Shown piece after piece: positions 51,401-62,700 of a DNA stretch of 64,000 nt; the stretch's first letter is position 1; every line of letters starts with the position of its first letter. The translations under genes were made by a program, and so were the position numbers. The stretch is from Selaginella moellendorffii (taxonomy: Eukaryota > Plantae > Lycopodiophyta). Location of the stretch: positions 733,403 through 797,402 of the forward strand of contig NW_003314327.1 in the NCBI RefSeq assembly GCF_000143415.4. The letters are read 5' to 3'. The notes below the pieces were generated by a model that saw nothing but the letters and a program-made list of their open reading frames with translations, ran no database searches and was not told where the DNA came from.

Positions 51401-53037
51401 GGGCAAAGTGTATTATTGAAATCATGAAAAACTAGCTGCTAATGGATTTGGAAGAGGAATTAAAAGTTTAGAAAGGCCTTAAATACTACCATTCATGCGT
51501 TGCTTTCAAGCTACATGGCTATATCAAGCGTAATAGCAAGGAATTATCCTTGAACATCAACGTAAATCCAAGTTTATCTTTCTAAGCTACCACATGTTCA
51601 CCAACAATGGTGATACAGCATGTAGTCATTGGACAAACATGTCCCTTTCCCCTCAAAGGAAGTCCCGGCACTTGTCCAAGGTTTTCCAGGCATGCATAGG
51701 AACAGTGGAAGCTGACTCTCATTCATGGCTCTTCTTGTTGTGAGAAGTTGGTGGAGACCTTGGAGGAACAGCCACCTTGATATGGAGTTTAGGATAGTCA
51801 CAATGTGAGAGGATTACTGCTTTTGTGTCAAGCTTCCAGACTGAAACAAGCAGATTAGCCATTGATAAAAAATTCAAGACCATAGATACATAATTTTTCA
51901 AGAAGATAGTTGCTTACGACAAATTTCACACTTTGGGATTAGGATAACATGATGAATGCAAACACAGATGAGGAGCATGGCCAATTTACCTTGAAAGAGA
52001 GGGCAGCCTTATTTGATGGGATATGTGTTTGTTACTTATAAGAAGATCTTTACATGTCAAGGACCTTAAGGACATATTACTTTATTCCTCAGAAGAGATT
52101 ACTTCCATGGAGAGCTGTTTAATGTTGCAAAAGCACATGTTCGAGATGAGTATAATGTGCTGGCAAGAGTGGGACGAAGAACTCATTGCCCCTAGCTGCA
52201 CTTAACTTTGAAGCTACTGAGTTCCACTACTGCTGATTATAATTCTAACCCTACTTTTTAGGAAATATTTCACAGTCATTAACCCTGATTAGCAAGTTGA
52301 GATCATCCTAGAGTATATGGCAAATCTCAATTATTAATTGCTAAGTCCCATCCATCAAAGCTTAGAGTATGGCAAACATATTGAAGCATATGTTGAGAAG
52401 ATCAAGATGGTAAGGTAGAAACTATTTTCTTGTTGTTTTTCTAGGAAAACTATGCAAATATGTGAGATAAGCTCAAACCTTCTACCTCAAATGCCAATTT
52501 TGAGGATCTCGCTGAAACTCTAGTTCCTTGAGAAGAGACAAGTGAGTTTTTATTAAAATTGACTTTCTCAATTTAATTTAATTTGATATTATTATTACAT
52601 GTTTTAACACACATGGTATTCAGCCTTGATTACAAACGAATTAAAGAGAAGTTTAACAGCAGAAAATTGAAACCATTGATATCCTAGAATATACTATATT
52701 CCTTACACTTACTTATAGCAAACTGAAAAGGACATGTGGAGCAATGGTCACAAGCAGAGAAAAGCTTTGCAACCGGCAAAACTCCAAGTCCCAGTTGTGT
52801 GGAAGATGGAGGCTTCTGATCTAGATACAACCTTAAAAAAAAAAAAAAGTCGATCGAACATTTCTCATTCTTTCTATGGATGAATGCCACGAGCAAGTAG
52901 AGTTGCTCCATAAGTACATGGCGAGAGTAGAAAACTAGAGTAGAAAAAAAGAGTATGCAATAGCAGAACATTCTATAATGGAAGGATTAGGGCTCTAGAC
53001 CCGAAGTAGGGTTCTTTTCCCAAATTACGATCGATCG

Positions 53038-53696
53038 ATGAGGAGCGATGTGTGGAGCGCACTGGGCCCGTCGCTGGCCGGCGCTGTGTTTGGCGCGGGA
53101 TGGTGGTTCTGGGTGGACGCCATCGTTTGCAGCAATGTCACGGTGCCCTTTGTACAGTATTTGCCAGGTCCGCAGCTAGCTCTGGCTCTTTCTGTGGTGC
53201 TCGAATTTGTCCTTCTCTTCCTCTGGCAGGGATCTGCGCGTCGCTCGCTGCGCTCATGTTCAATTGCGTGAGACGAGAGGAGCTTCAGGATTACTCTCCC
53301 TACGATGATGAGAGCTGCAGGTACTTTGCGTGATTTCTATCTCTTTAGCTTTGTTTTGTGCGATTTCTATCGATCTCTCGAGCTTGAGTTGGACGTCTAG
53401 ATATGAAGGTAACCAATTGCTATGTTTTGGCAGATCGAGGGCATGGCTGTTCATCGCCTACGTTGTTTCGTTTGTGTCATTGGCTGGATCCGTTGGAATT
53501 CTCATCCAGGATTCTTTGCTTCCGACTGGTCCTAGCGCGTGGACGGGCGTGGCTGGAGTGTTGCAATGCTTCTTGGTACTCGTGAGGTAATCAAACACGA
53601 TTTTTCATCTCGTGCCTTAAGTTTTTGGAAAACTTTCTTCTCGATTGCAGTGGTCTCATATTCTGGACTTCAAGATCGCCCTCTGATTACTACTGA
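53038..53696 (+). CDS. TMEM50 / Vps68 (UPF0220) membrane protein, 4 exons
   Basis: LAGAVFGAGWWFWVDA | ICASLAALMFNCV | SRAWLFIAYVVSFVSL | SGLIFW with GT-AG introns. Confidence 0.93.
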
Positions 53697-53753
53697 GACA
53701 ATGTGATTCTAAAGTGTAAACTAAATGTGAAAAGCGTTTTTACCAGATACATC

Positions 53754-53820
53754 CAGGGGATAGCGAGGGTCAAGACTGAATCTGAAGGTCGAGAGTGTTC
53801 GATCCACGCTCATCACACCA
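53754..53820 (+). pseudogene. tRNA-Phe(GAA) pseudogene, D-arm and anticodon damaged, ending in CCA
   Basis: GGGGATAGC...AGACTGAA.TCTGAAGGTCG...GTGTTCGATCCACGCTCA matches plant cytosolic tRNA-Phe. Confidence 0.8.
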
Positions 53821-53994
53821 TGGTGATGTTTCATTTTTGATACCAAAATTTACCACATGGGTAACTATACATCAATTTAAACTTAACACATTGGAAAATC
53901 ATATGGGGTTGCTACGATTGCGACACCTTATATAACATTTTATTTGAGGTTCTCTTTCACTGTCCGATTGAAAACCACTTTTGTCGTGACAAGC

Positions 53995-55920
53995 AGATGA
54001 GAGGAAGCAACGCCAGACGAGGCCGAGAAAGCAGCTACACCAGAACAAAGTTGTGACAACGCCAGTTGACAAGTCAAGGAAGTAAACGCACCTAGTGTGG
54101 AGGAAGAACCAAGACCAACCGAGGTGGAGAATCCAACAGCAGCAGAAGATATTCCAGCCAAGGAAGAAGACGCAACGGCCGCTGACCCTGAGGAGGCAAA
54201 AGTTGATCCTGTGGAAACCACTCGATCCTGTGGAAGCGGCCACAGATCTTGCCACTTCCTTTGCTGAAGGAGGCAAAGTTGTCACGGCGCTTGTAGTTTG
54301 GATTTGGCCACGTCTTCCCGCTGCCGTATTTGCTAAACGAAGAGCCGCCAAGCCACACGAGAAGCTCTCGTCCGACGGCTTGTACTTGGCCAGCCGTCTT
54401 CGTCACGGCAAAGCGAGGCCCCCGATCCGCTGGAGACTCGGTCGGCGTGGAAGAGGTGGCGGCAGTGACAGTGCTCATATGCCGGCGTAGTACCCCCGAG
54501 TGAACTTGAAGCAGTACTCCCTGTAGCTCGTGGTTACGGAAGAGTTGAAGTGCCCCCAAACTGCTTGTTCCATCCAGTTCCAGCGGTAGTGTTAGAGCGG
54601 GAGCAGCGGGAGTAGCGGGAGTAGTGGTGTTTGTGACAGCAATCACAGCATTGGCAGCGCTGCTCCACGAAGAACCACCACTCGACGTACTTTGGTTCCA
54701 CTCGTTGGTTGTTCCATCCAACCAGCGCTCTGCGGTTTCCAAATCTGCTGCGAGCCAGCACCGCTTCTCCAGCGATTGCGGCTGCTGGCCGTTGCCTCCG
54801 GCGGCATTTTGGTTGTTCCACTGAGAATCCCGCCTGATCCAGCATCGCTATATCCCGGCCCTGCCCGAGCTGAGTGGAAGATCAACGCAGACCTGCATTG
54901 CTGCTGCTGCTGCTGCTTCTTGGATGCTTGATACCGCATCCTTGTCCAGCGCCGCCGCTGCCGCGCGAATCCCCGCCTGCTTAGTACAAATATCTCTGCA
55001 AGAATATTCGAGAATAAGCCCATAAGCCTAACAAATATACTTTTTTTCTAAAGGCATATTCTGGAATAAACCCGTTGACTCTTAGACTGTAAATACTCAA
55101 ATATTTAAAAGAAAACAAACAGCATGGAAAAACAAAAGAGCATCCGACCAGATTCAATGGGACTCTTTGCAGTGATGGCATCCACGGCAAAGACCTGTGT
55201 CAACTTCGAAGCGCCCCGTCGTTTCGGAGCATAAAGGACTGGATGTAATACAGATCTATGCACACACCATCGGCAGGGAAGCAAGCAGGAGTAGGCTCGT
55301 CATCCATAACCATGTCTTTGGCCAGCTTCAACTAGAACACTAGAATCCCCACTCTGTCACACGCACCATCGCTAAGCCCCACGCCCCGCAGCGATCCCCC
55401 TCACTCCGCAACCAGGCGTCGAGCAATATCAACGCTGCTGCTCTCCAGGTCTGCGGTCCCAAAGCTCACTGCGTCCCTCAATACAATTCTCACACCACCA
55501 CCACTGCTGCTGCTAGCACCACTAGTGCTCTTCACTCTCTCGAATGAGAGTGCCAGGAGCTGTCCCCACGTACTCTTTGAAGCCCAGGTAGAATCGGATC
55601 CCTCGACCGAAGCTGCCATCGGCCGAGGCGGCGAGGAACTGAGCACTCCCTGCGGCCAGTCATGCCCGACCACCGTCCTTCCCATCTTCACGTCCGCTGG
55701 GCGATGCATGAGATCCAACATGTAGAAGAAGCCGCTCGCGTTCATCCTCACTGGAAAGGCGTGCGTGCTAGGGTGTGTTCCAGCTGATTGAAAGCATCGC
55801 ACCCAACGTCCACGCCCATGGCCTCGACGCACATCATCTTGGAGTTGTCAAGCACCAGGTACTCCTGCTTGAGTCCCGAGTTATAACCACTGTCATCCCT
55901 TGGGAGACACGTTCCTGAAA
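53995..55920. pseudogene. Mosaic of gene fragments: acidic plus-strand exon, decayed RanBP2-finger-like minus-strand piece, another minus-strand fragment
   Basis: Plus strand EEEPRPTEVENPTAAEDIPAKEEDA; minus strand WGHFNS...REYCFK; multiple stops. Confidence 0.35.
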
Positions 55921-56173
55921 AGGACGAGGTTCTTTTCGTTGTGCTCAGGCTTGCCTTCGAGCTTACAGCCGATAGTACAGCCTTCTCTATTTTTGGCTCT
56001 TTTTACTAGGTAATTCTGTTTAACCAATCATGTGGATATGTCAATTTTTTATTGTGCTATGGATTTTAAAAAACAAAATCTTTTATTTTACACATCAAGC
56101 TTGTATGGAAAAGCGACTGGCTTGCTACTGCTCCCACTACTATGGATTTGGCGGTGGAGGTTGCGTACGAGAG

Positions 56174-56626
56174 ACGTTCGGTCTACCTTCCAGGTGCAGC
56201 AGAGGATAGCGTCCCTGCTTCCTGGATCCGACTCGGTGAGATCCGACGCAAAATTTGCCCTGTATGATTGGTGGTTGTTTAGTGATATCAACCAATGGAT
56301 ACAAAATTCTTTACCTGAGCTAGTAACCGATGCGGGGCCCGAGGCTTTGCATGACGCATTGTCGCCACCTCGTCTCAGAAGAGAACCTGGAACGCCAAAG
56401 TCCAGCCAGACTCGTCGAGAAATTTTCCAATTGTGGGCATCCTGTCGAAACGAAGCATATACATTGTCATCTGATAAACATGCGTCCAAGTTTCAGCTTT
56501 CTGTACTCACCACACCACTCGGAAGCCTGACAGTAGTAAAGGAACGTCAATCATACAGGGTTTTGCCTCGGATCTCACCGAGTCGGATCCAGGACGCTAT
56601 CCTCCACCTGGAAGGTAGACGAACGT
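56174..56626. repeat. Long inverted repeat (arms 56174-56270 and 56548-56626)
   Basis: 26-bp perfect core CGGATCTCACCGAGTCGGATCCAGGA plus flanking matches. Confidence 0.9.
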
Positions 56627-56979
56627 AGTTGCAAGACATAACAAGTATATCAATAAACTTTGATAGTGGAATTATAGTAATCAAAACTGTAATCAAAGGC
56701 AAGCATAAACCTCATCCTTTTTCAGTGTCTAGACACTAAAATTCCCTATGTTTATTGTCTTTTAGATATATTGTTACTCTTTTAGAGGTCTAGAGTTTTT
56801 CTAACATATCTAAGTAAGTGGATTCAAGCAAAAAAGAAGGTGCTATAGATCTTTCACCAGCGGAATCAGATATTCTCGATTATGTCCAGTTCAATGAGAG
56901 GAAATTTGTTCTTTTCAGCGTTTTGATCTTTATTCTTAAATCTTAAATGTGAGATATTATCTATAAAATTAGCTTATGA

Positions 56980-57375
56980 ATGTGGGAGAAGAAAGCTCCT
57001 TCCGAGCTCGAGGTGAAAGAACTGTGCTTTTGCAAGCGATGGCAAGTGCTAGTCTTTCTTTTCCGCAAGGAGCAGGGACCTCCACCCAATGCATACGACG
57101 ATGCCGCCGTGGATTTGGAGGAGAAGCAGCCAAGCGCCAGCCCGTCTACAAGCGATCGGATCGATCGGCGAGGCTCCTGGAGGCTCTGGTGCGGGGAGAT
57201 CGATGCAATCCATCACGAGATGGCTGTGGCGACCATCCAAGAAGGGCCTGTGGATAACGAGAGCGAGACGTGGAATTGCCAGGCTTGGATTGAGGAGGCG
57301 CTCAACACTCTCGCTAAAGGAGGTTTCTTCCGGCTGGTTCCAGGCGCTTTGGACGAGCTCAAGGCACGAAAGTGA
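56980..57375 (+). CDS. Small fungal-type protein with WNCQxW motif (DUF6540-like); 5' end uncertain
   Basis: PVDNESETWNCQAWIEEALNTLAKGGF pattern recalled from fungal families; GC-rich. Confidence 0.5.
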   Translation: MWEKKAPSELEVKELCFCKRWQVLVFLFRKEQGPPPNAYDDAAVDLEEKQPSASPSTSDRIDRRGSWRLWCGEIDAIHHEMAVATIQEGPVDNESETWNCQAWIEEALNTLAKGGFFRLVPGALDELKARK

Positions 57376-57490
57376 CCGAATATTCCAGCCATTTGAACGA
57401 GAATTCCGTTAGTAAATATTCCTGAACACCTTTTCTGTTAACCTTAAAAGGATGTGTGTCACCGTTGACAGGTTAATTAGGGCTTCGGAC

Positions 57491-58327
57491 ATGAGCTATC
57501 CGGCGCCATTCGTTCGCGACGCTACCGCCGAGCACAGGCACACGATCATCCTTCTCCACGGGCGTGGAAGCAGTGGCACCGAGCTCGCCGAGGAGCTGGA
57601 GGAGACGCTGGGCTCGGGCAGCGCCAATCTCTTCCAGCGCTTCCCGGGCGTGCGCTGGGTGTTCCCGAGCGCGCGCCCCCGCTGGTCGAGCGTCTTCGAG
57701 GAGGAGATGAGCGAGTGGTTTGACGCACCATCGCTGTGCGATATAGGGTATAAGCAGCACCTCCAGGTCGAGGGCCTGCGCCAGTCGGTCGACTTCCTGC
57801 TGCGCGTGATCGAGGAGGAGATCGATCGCGTTGGGAGCGCGAGCAAGGTGGTGCTGGGCGGGATCAGCCAGGGGCAAGCAACGGCCTTGCACGCGCTAGT
57901 CTGTGGGCGACACAGGCTGGGAGCGTTTGTGGGCGCCAGTGGATGGCTTCCCTTCGCTGATAAGATTGAAGAGGTTCTGGCCGATCATGATCAAGGGGAG
58001 GACGCGGACTCGAGGCCGATCGCAGTCAAGCGCGTGTCCGAGTTCTTGCGAGGCGAGCTCGGTCTAGAGGTTGAGGATTTGGGCGATTCGTTTACGAGTT
58101 TGCTGGCCACGCCGGTGTTCTTGGGCCACGGCACGGATGATAACCTGATCGAGTTGGATCTGGGAAAGCAGGCCCGTGATCTGCTGACCAGGATGGGGAT
58201 GAGCGTCTCGTGGAAGGAGTACGAGGGCGCGGATCAAGACGGCCACTGGATCAAAGAGCCGGAAGAAGTTGATGACATCGTAGCGTTCTTGAGTGACGCG
58301 CTCGAGGACATTGTCAAACAAGGTTGA
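57491..58327 (+). CDS. Intronless phospholipase/carboxylesterase (acyl-protein thioesterase-like alpha/beta hydrolase), ascomycete type
   Basis: IILLHGRGS, GGISQG nucleophile, FLGHGTDD (Asp) and GHW (His). Intact ORF. Confidence 0.92.
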   Translation: MSYPAPFVRDATAEHRHTIILLHGRGSSGTELAEELEETLGSGSANLFQRFPGVRWVFPSARPRWSSVFEEEMSEWFDAPSLCDIGYKQHLQVEGLRQSVDFLLRVIEEEIDRVGSASKVVLGGISQGQATALHALVCGRHRLGAFVGASGWLPFADKIEEVLADHDQGEDADSRPIAVKRVSEFLRGELGLEVEDLGDSFTSLLATPVFLGHGTDDNLIELDLGKQARDLLTRMGMSVSWKEYEGADQDGHWIKEPEEVDDIVAFLSDALEDIVKQG

Positions 58328-58379
58328 ATCTTAGTCAATTGAAAATTCATTAACTACCAACATAATGAAGTAATTATAA

Positions 58380-58435
58380 GCGGGGATAGCTCACTGAAGA
58401 TCTGAAGGCCGCGTGTTCGATCCACGCTCACCGCA
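58380..58435 (+). pseudogene. tRNA-Phe(GAA) with a 17-nt D-arm deletion
   Basis: GCGGGGATAGCTCA[deleted]CTGAAGATCTGAAGGCCGCGTGTTCGATCCACGCTCACCGCA; otherwise near-identical to plant tRNA-Phe. Confidence 0.9.
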
Positions 58436-58522
58436 TTCCTATTGTTCTACTAACCTTATTCTGGAAATTATATTTGGAGAATCAACGTTGTGCATTGTAT
58501 TGAGAAATAATGTACATACAAA

Positions 58523-59900
58523 TCATAGCACCCAAACCCATCCCACTATAGAGCCAAGGGAGAGTCCGGCCACGAGGAACACAACCAGTAAGATCCCAGT
58601 CGTCTCGGACTCCTCCACGGGCACGAGCTTTGGTGCCTTGATCATGATCGCGCTCGTGTAGTATCCATTTGTGATCCCCAGCAGCGCTGACACCAAGAAC
58701 ACCGGAACCTCGGTGCCAAGTATCCTGGGCCCATGGAGGCAGACGAAAAACACTGGGAAGAAGATCAGCCTCGCGATGCAACCACCAATGATGGCTTTCG
58801 GGTCTTCGATGAGGTAGACCGCCGTGATCGACTTCCCGAGGAGGTCGCAAACGTTGTAGCAAGCGATGATGAGAACCGGGAACCAGTCGCCCAGAGCCGC
58901 CGAGTGGACGTCCTCGGTGAGGGAGCCGGGAAAGATTGAGAGTGTGATGAGGTAGACGAGAGCGAGAGACAGCAGCAGTCCTTTGTTCTGGCTCCAAACC
59001 CGATGGAAGCTCACTCGTCGATGAGGCGTGGAATCGGGTAGGAGAAGTGAGTCCGAGACTTCCTCTTGCCGTGCTACTTTAGTGGAGTTCTTCTTGAGGT
59101 GGTAGCGGATGACGGGAAGAGTGGTGACGAGGTTGTAGGAGACGAGGCAGATCACCATGAAGATGACGCTGGTGATGAAGTAGACGTTGGCACTGCTGCG
59201 AAGGCCGTCGGGTGTGGAAGGCAATGCGGCCTTGGTCACAACTCGCAGGCACGAAACTAGAACACCTGTTTGAAAAAAGGATAACTTGTGAGAGTGTGAA
59301 GCAAGTTGCAAAGAAGAAATCGTAAAACACAGTCACACAAGGAAAATGAATAGAACTAGACGCAAATCTCAAACAGTAGAGTGACAACGATCTAGCGAAC
59401 ACTATGGCAGACTTACCCGACGCAGCAGTGCCGGCAACGAGCGCTTGCATGTAGCGCTCCGGTAGCTCCCCCGCCGATCCCACAAGGCTGCCCTGGACGA
59501 GCGCATCGGCGAGCCCCGTGACTCCAGTAGCAGCGATTGTGATGTAATGCGTGGCGCTGGACGGCTTGCTCACGCTCTCGTCCATGATTGGAACGATGAG
59601 CATCATGAGGAGGAAAAGGACGAGGCCCAGATTGATCCGGATCCGCGGCTCGATGGCGCCGGCCTTGAATGTGAGGTAGAGCAGCAGCAGGAGGGCCGGG
59701 AACATGTAGAAGATCGAGAATACCCGGTCGATGTGCGTGCCAGGGTAAAGGAAATCGAAATAATCCACCGCTGTGATGAAGGCGTTCCACGGCAGGAGGA
59801 ATCCGGCGCCAAGGATGAAGAAGCTGATGTAGGCAAGCTTGAAGTGATCGCGCGGCTCCTTCTCATCCTGGAAATCCAGCTTCTCCTCGTCGCTCTCCAT
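58523..59900 (-). CDS. ENT1: Equilibrative nucleoside transporter (ENT1-like), 2 exons (59900-59417, 59265-58523)
   Basis: LGAGFLLPWNAFITAVDYF, AGELPERYMQA and TLSIFPG motifs; multi-pass membrane pattern. Confidence 0.95.
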
Positions 59901-59965
59901 CGCGTCAGACGAATTCTTGGAAGAACCCTAAAATCTGGGATCTAGGGCTTTGAAAAAATTATATT

Positions 59966-60673
59966 TTGGCCATGAAGAGGAGGGCCCCAACGGCGTCGTG
60001 CGGCGCCAGGCGCGCAATCACTCCGGGTAAGAAATTCGTGGCCGCTGCAAATGACGCGCAGCCAAATCCCGTCACGCCGCCCCTCCAGCAATCGACATCG
60101 CCCGAAATGCCGCTGCCAGAGACTGGATCCAAGCGGAGGAGGATGAAATTGGGGGCTGCGAGCAGGGATTCTACCGCTTCGTCTAGCCGATCGATTTCTT
60201 CCAGCGAAGTGGTTTACGGGAGCCCCGTGATGGGCCTGGCAGTGGGGCGTTTCAGAGATCGGCGCAAGACCAGGCCAACGGCCACTCTCACCACGATCGA
60301 TGGGAACGATTGTTTGACTTTGAGGCCTGCCATGGCGTCCGTTCGCTGGCTGAGCTCGTCCACCCTGGACAGGAGCTCCTCCAGGGATGGCAGTGGCGAC
60401 AAGGAGAATGAGACTAGCTTTGAGTTTCCATTGGCCGGAGGTGAGGGAGGAGGATCGATCGAGCAAGCTGACAAACTTTCTCCAGAAACTCTGGAGGAGA
60501 CAAACGTTTTTCCCGGGACTCTGGAGGAGAATCTCTCGAGAAACAGCTCGACAAAGTCCTGGAAAACTCCACTATTAACTCTTCCAGGAACTCTGGAGGA
60601 GAATCTCTCGAGAAACAGCTTGACAAAGTCCTGGAAGAAGCCACTTTTAACTTCTCCAGAAGAGAATCTCTAG
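59966..60673 (+). CDS. Hypothetical Ser/Arg-rich ORF with C-terminal 72-bp tandem repeats
   Basis: 235-aa ORF with PGTLEENLSRNS repeats at 60480-60690. No family recognised. Confidence 0.35.
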   Translation: MAMKRRAPTASCGARRAITPGKKFVAAANDAQPNPVTPPLQQSTSPEMPLPETGSKRRRMKLGAASRDSTASSSRSISSSEVVYGSPVMGLAVGRFRDRRKTRPTATLTTIDGNDCLTLRPAMASVRWLSSSTLDRSSSRDGSGDKENETSFEFPLAGGEGGGSIEQADKLSPETLEETNVFPGTLEENLSRNSSTKSWKTPLLTLPGTLEENLSRNSLTKSWKKPLLTSPEENL

Positions 60674-60929
60674 AGAAACAGCTTGACTTTTAACTGAAAA
60701 GGAAGCGTTGGCGATTTCTGGAAGATGGATTTATTTGCAAAGAACCTGGATGACGAGAGTTCTCTATACGTAAACTCTGGACAAAATGTACAAGCTGCTG
60801 GGCTGAGCGTCGGAGTCGACTACTCTGATCAAGAAACAAAAGAAACACGAAGAGATTTTAGAGCTCTGACAAGGTAGAGAACAAAACAACTTACCTTGTG
60901 TAAGTGCATTATTTGGAAAAATCCTTTGC

Positions 60930-62527
60930 TTACTCCTGCTGGACTTGGAGCACCACTTTGCCCTGTGAATCCTTGTTTTCTCTCACCGTTTGAGCTTTCG
61001 CGGCTTCATCCAAACTGAAAGTTTCTCCGACTGGGATCTTGAGGCGTCCTTCTTTCGCAAGCCGAGCTATTTGTTCTAGGCCTTCGGCATCCGTCCTCAT
61101 GATTATCCAAGAGTAGTCTGCGCAGGCTCGAATGTTAAAACGTATGCTGAGGAGAGATCAAGCTTTACCAATGCCATGCGACTGAGTGTACTGCATTCGC
61201 TTCCGCAAGAGCGTCGCTGTCGCAATGCCGCCTCCAACAATGAGGCCGTATTTATCTGCCAGTTTCACTGCTTCTCCCTGCGACGAGTGCTTCGTTTGAG
61301 CACGAGGAGGCTATAATCTAAAAAGAGATTCACCTGCAGCGTCATGTAGTGACCACCACGCTTCAGCACGTTAACTCCAAGTGCTTCTGTGGTCTCCACA
61401 CCGATTGTGTCGAGCACAGCATCGAATCGCCAGGTAAGTTGCTCTCTTGTGTTCTGGAAGCGTAGACGTTATTCGAAAGCTTTGTAGTAAAGGTGAGTTA
61501 TACCTCGGAAGTGTAGTCCACGATAAGCTCGGCGCCAGCTTCCCCGACGCGACTACAACTTCGCTTGCCACAAGTGGCAGCCACCGAGCAGCCAGCAGCT
61601 CGAGCGAGCTGAATGGCTGCTAAGCCCACCGCGCCTCCCCCGCCCATGATCAGCACCTTCTGCCTGCACCCCAAAGTCTAAGATTGCAACTGCAACAGCC
61701 ATATCACAACGAAATGATAAAACCTCTGCTCTCTCATTCATGCTACACGCAGAACGTTTACCCGCTCTTCATTCTGGCAGTGCTCCACAGTGCTCGCCAC
61801 GCAGTCAGTGCAGCAAAGGGAATGGCAGCTGCTTCCTGGCACATAGACACAGCAGCGTTTAGTCAACAAAGCAAACAAGTGCAAAGTCAACAAAGCAAGG
61901 GGAAAAACAACGCTAACACGAAGAAACAGCTAGAAAACGGAACACCGAAGCATGGAACCAAACTTCGCGAAGAAACAGCAAGAAACCAGCAAAAGAAAAA
62001 AAAAAAAAAAACATCACATACCACATGAGTGAGTGACTTTGGCTTGAGGGCAAGCTGTTCCTCTTGGAGTATCGCGTAGTCACTGTAAGTACCTCGCACA
62101 GCAGTCGGGTGAAGCGCTCCAAAGACATGCTGGCCTACGTGGAGCCGCTTCACTCCATTGCCGATGGCCACAATCTCTCCACTCACATCTCTTCCCAGAA
62201 CGATTGGAAGAAGAGGCTGGAAAAGAGACCTCCCGTATCCTTCTCTCATCTGTGACAAACAAACAGTAATTAGATGTGATAGAATTTCACAAATTTCTGG
62301 TGGAGATTGCTACGCGCTCGATCGTTTCTTACCTTGATATCCAGAGGATTCACGCCGGCGGCGACCGTGCGGACAAGCACTTCCTCGGCCTCCAAATGCG
62401 GCACGGGCACATCCTTGCGCAGCTCCAAGACCTCGGGGCCGCCGAATCGCGGCAGCACGACCGCCCGGCATGTCGAGATGCTCCTGCTGTGGCCACGGCA
62501 GTAGGGCGAAGCGAGCCAGCGCCTCAT
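60930..62527 (-). CDS. RTN4IP1-like mitochondrial NADPH:quinone oxidoreductase (MDR family), multi-exon
   Basis: LPRFGGPEVL, GVNPLD, LGRDVSG, EAAAIPFAALTAW, GGGGAVG and GKVVL motifs. Confidence 0.92.
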
Positions 62528-62700
62528 GAATCGATCGCGAGGAAGAAATTTAGGGTTTATGGCACTGAGCAAACAGAGCTAAAAACCCCGTGTCGGGTTT
62601 AGGGTTGAGGAGAAGAAAGCGGAGAGAGCGAGATAGGGGGGAAAAAAGAGAGAGCGCGCCGACGATGATGGCGATGGCGATGGCGATGGCGATTGGCAAT
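62528..62700. promoter_or_regulatory. Short divergent promoter with telo-boxes (TTAGGGTT) and (GATGGC)n
   Basis: Telo-box-like motifs near 62550 and 62598. Similar boxes lie upstream of DSK2 (about 45570), the amidotransferase (about 46805) and ENT1 (about 59925). Confidence 0.55.

Noticed and set aside
51900-52690. Spliced plus-strand gene remnant
   Set aside because: Splice-like signals are present, but there are many stops and no recognisable product.
58380-58435. Functional D-armless tRNA
   Set aside because: The deletion also removes most of the 5' anticodon stem and the A-box, so it is treated as a pseudogene.
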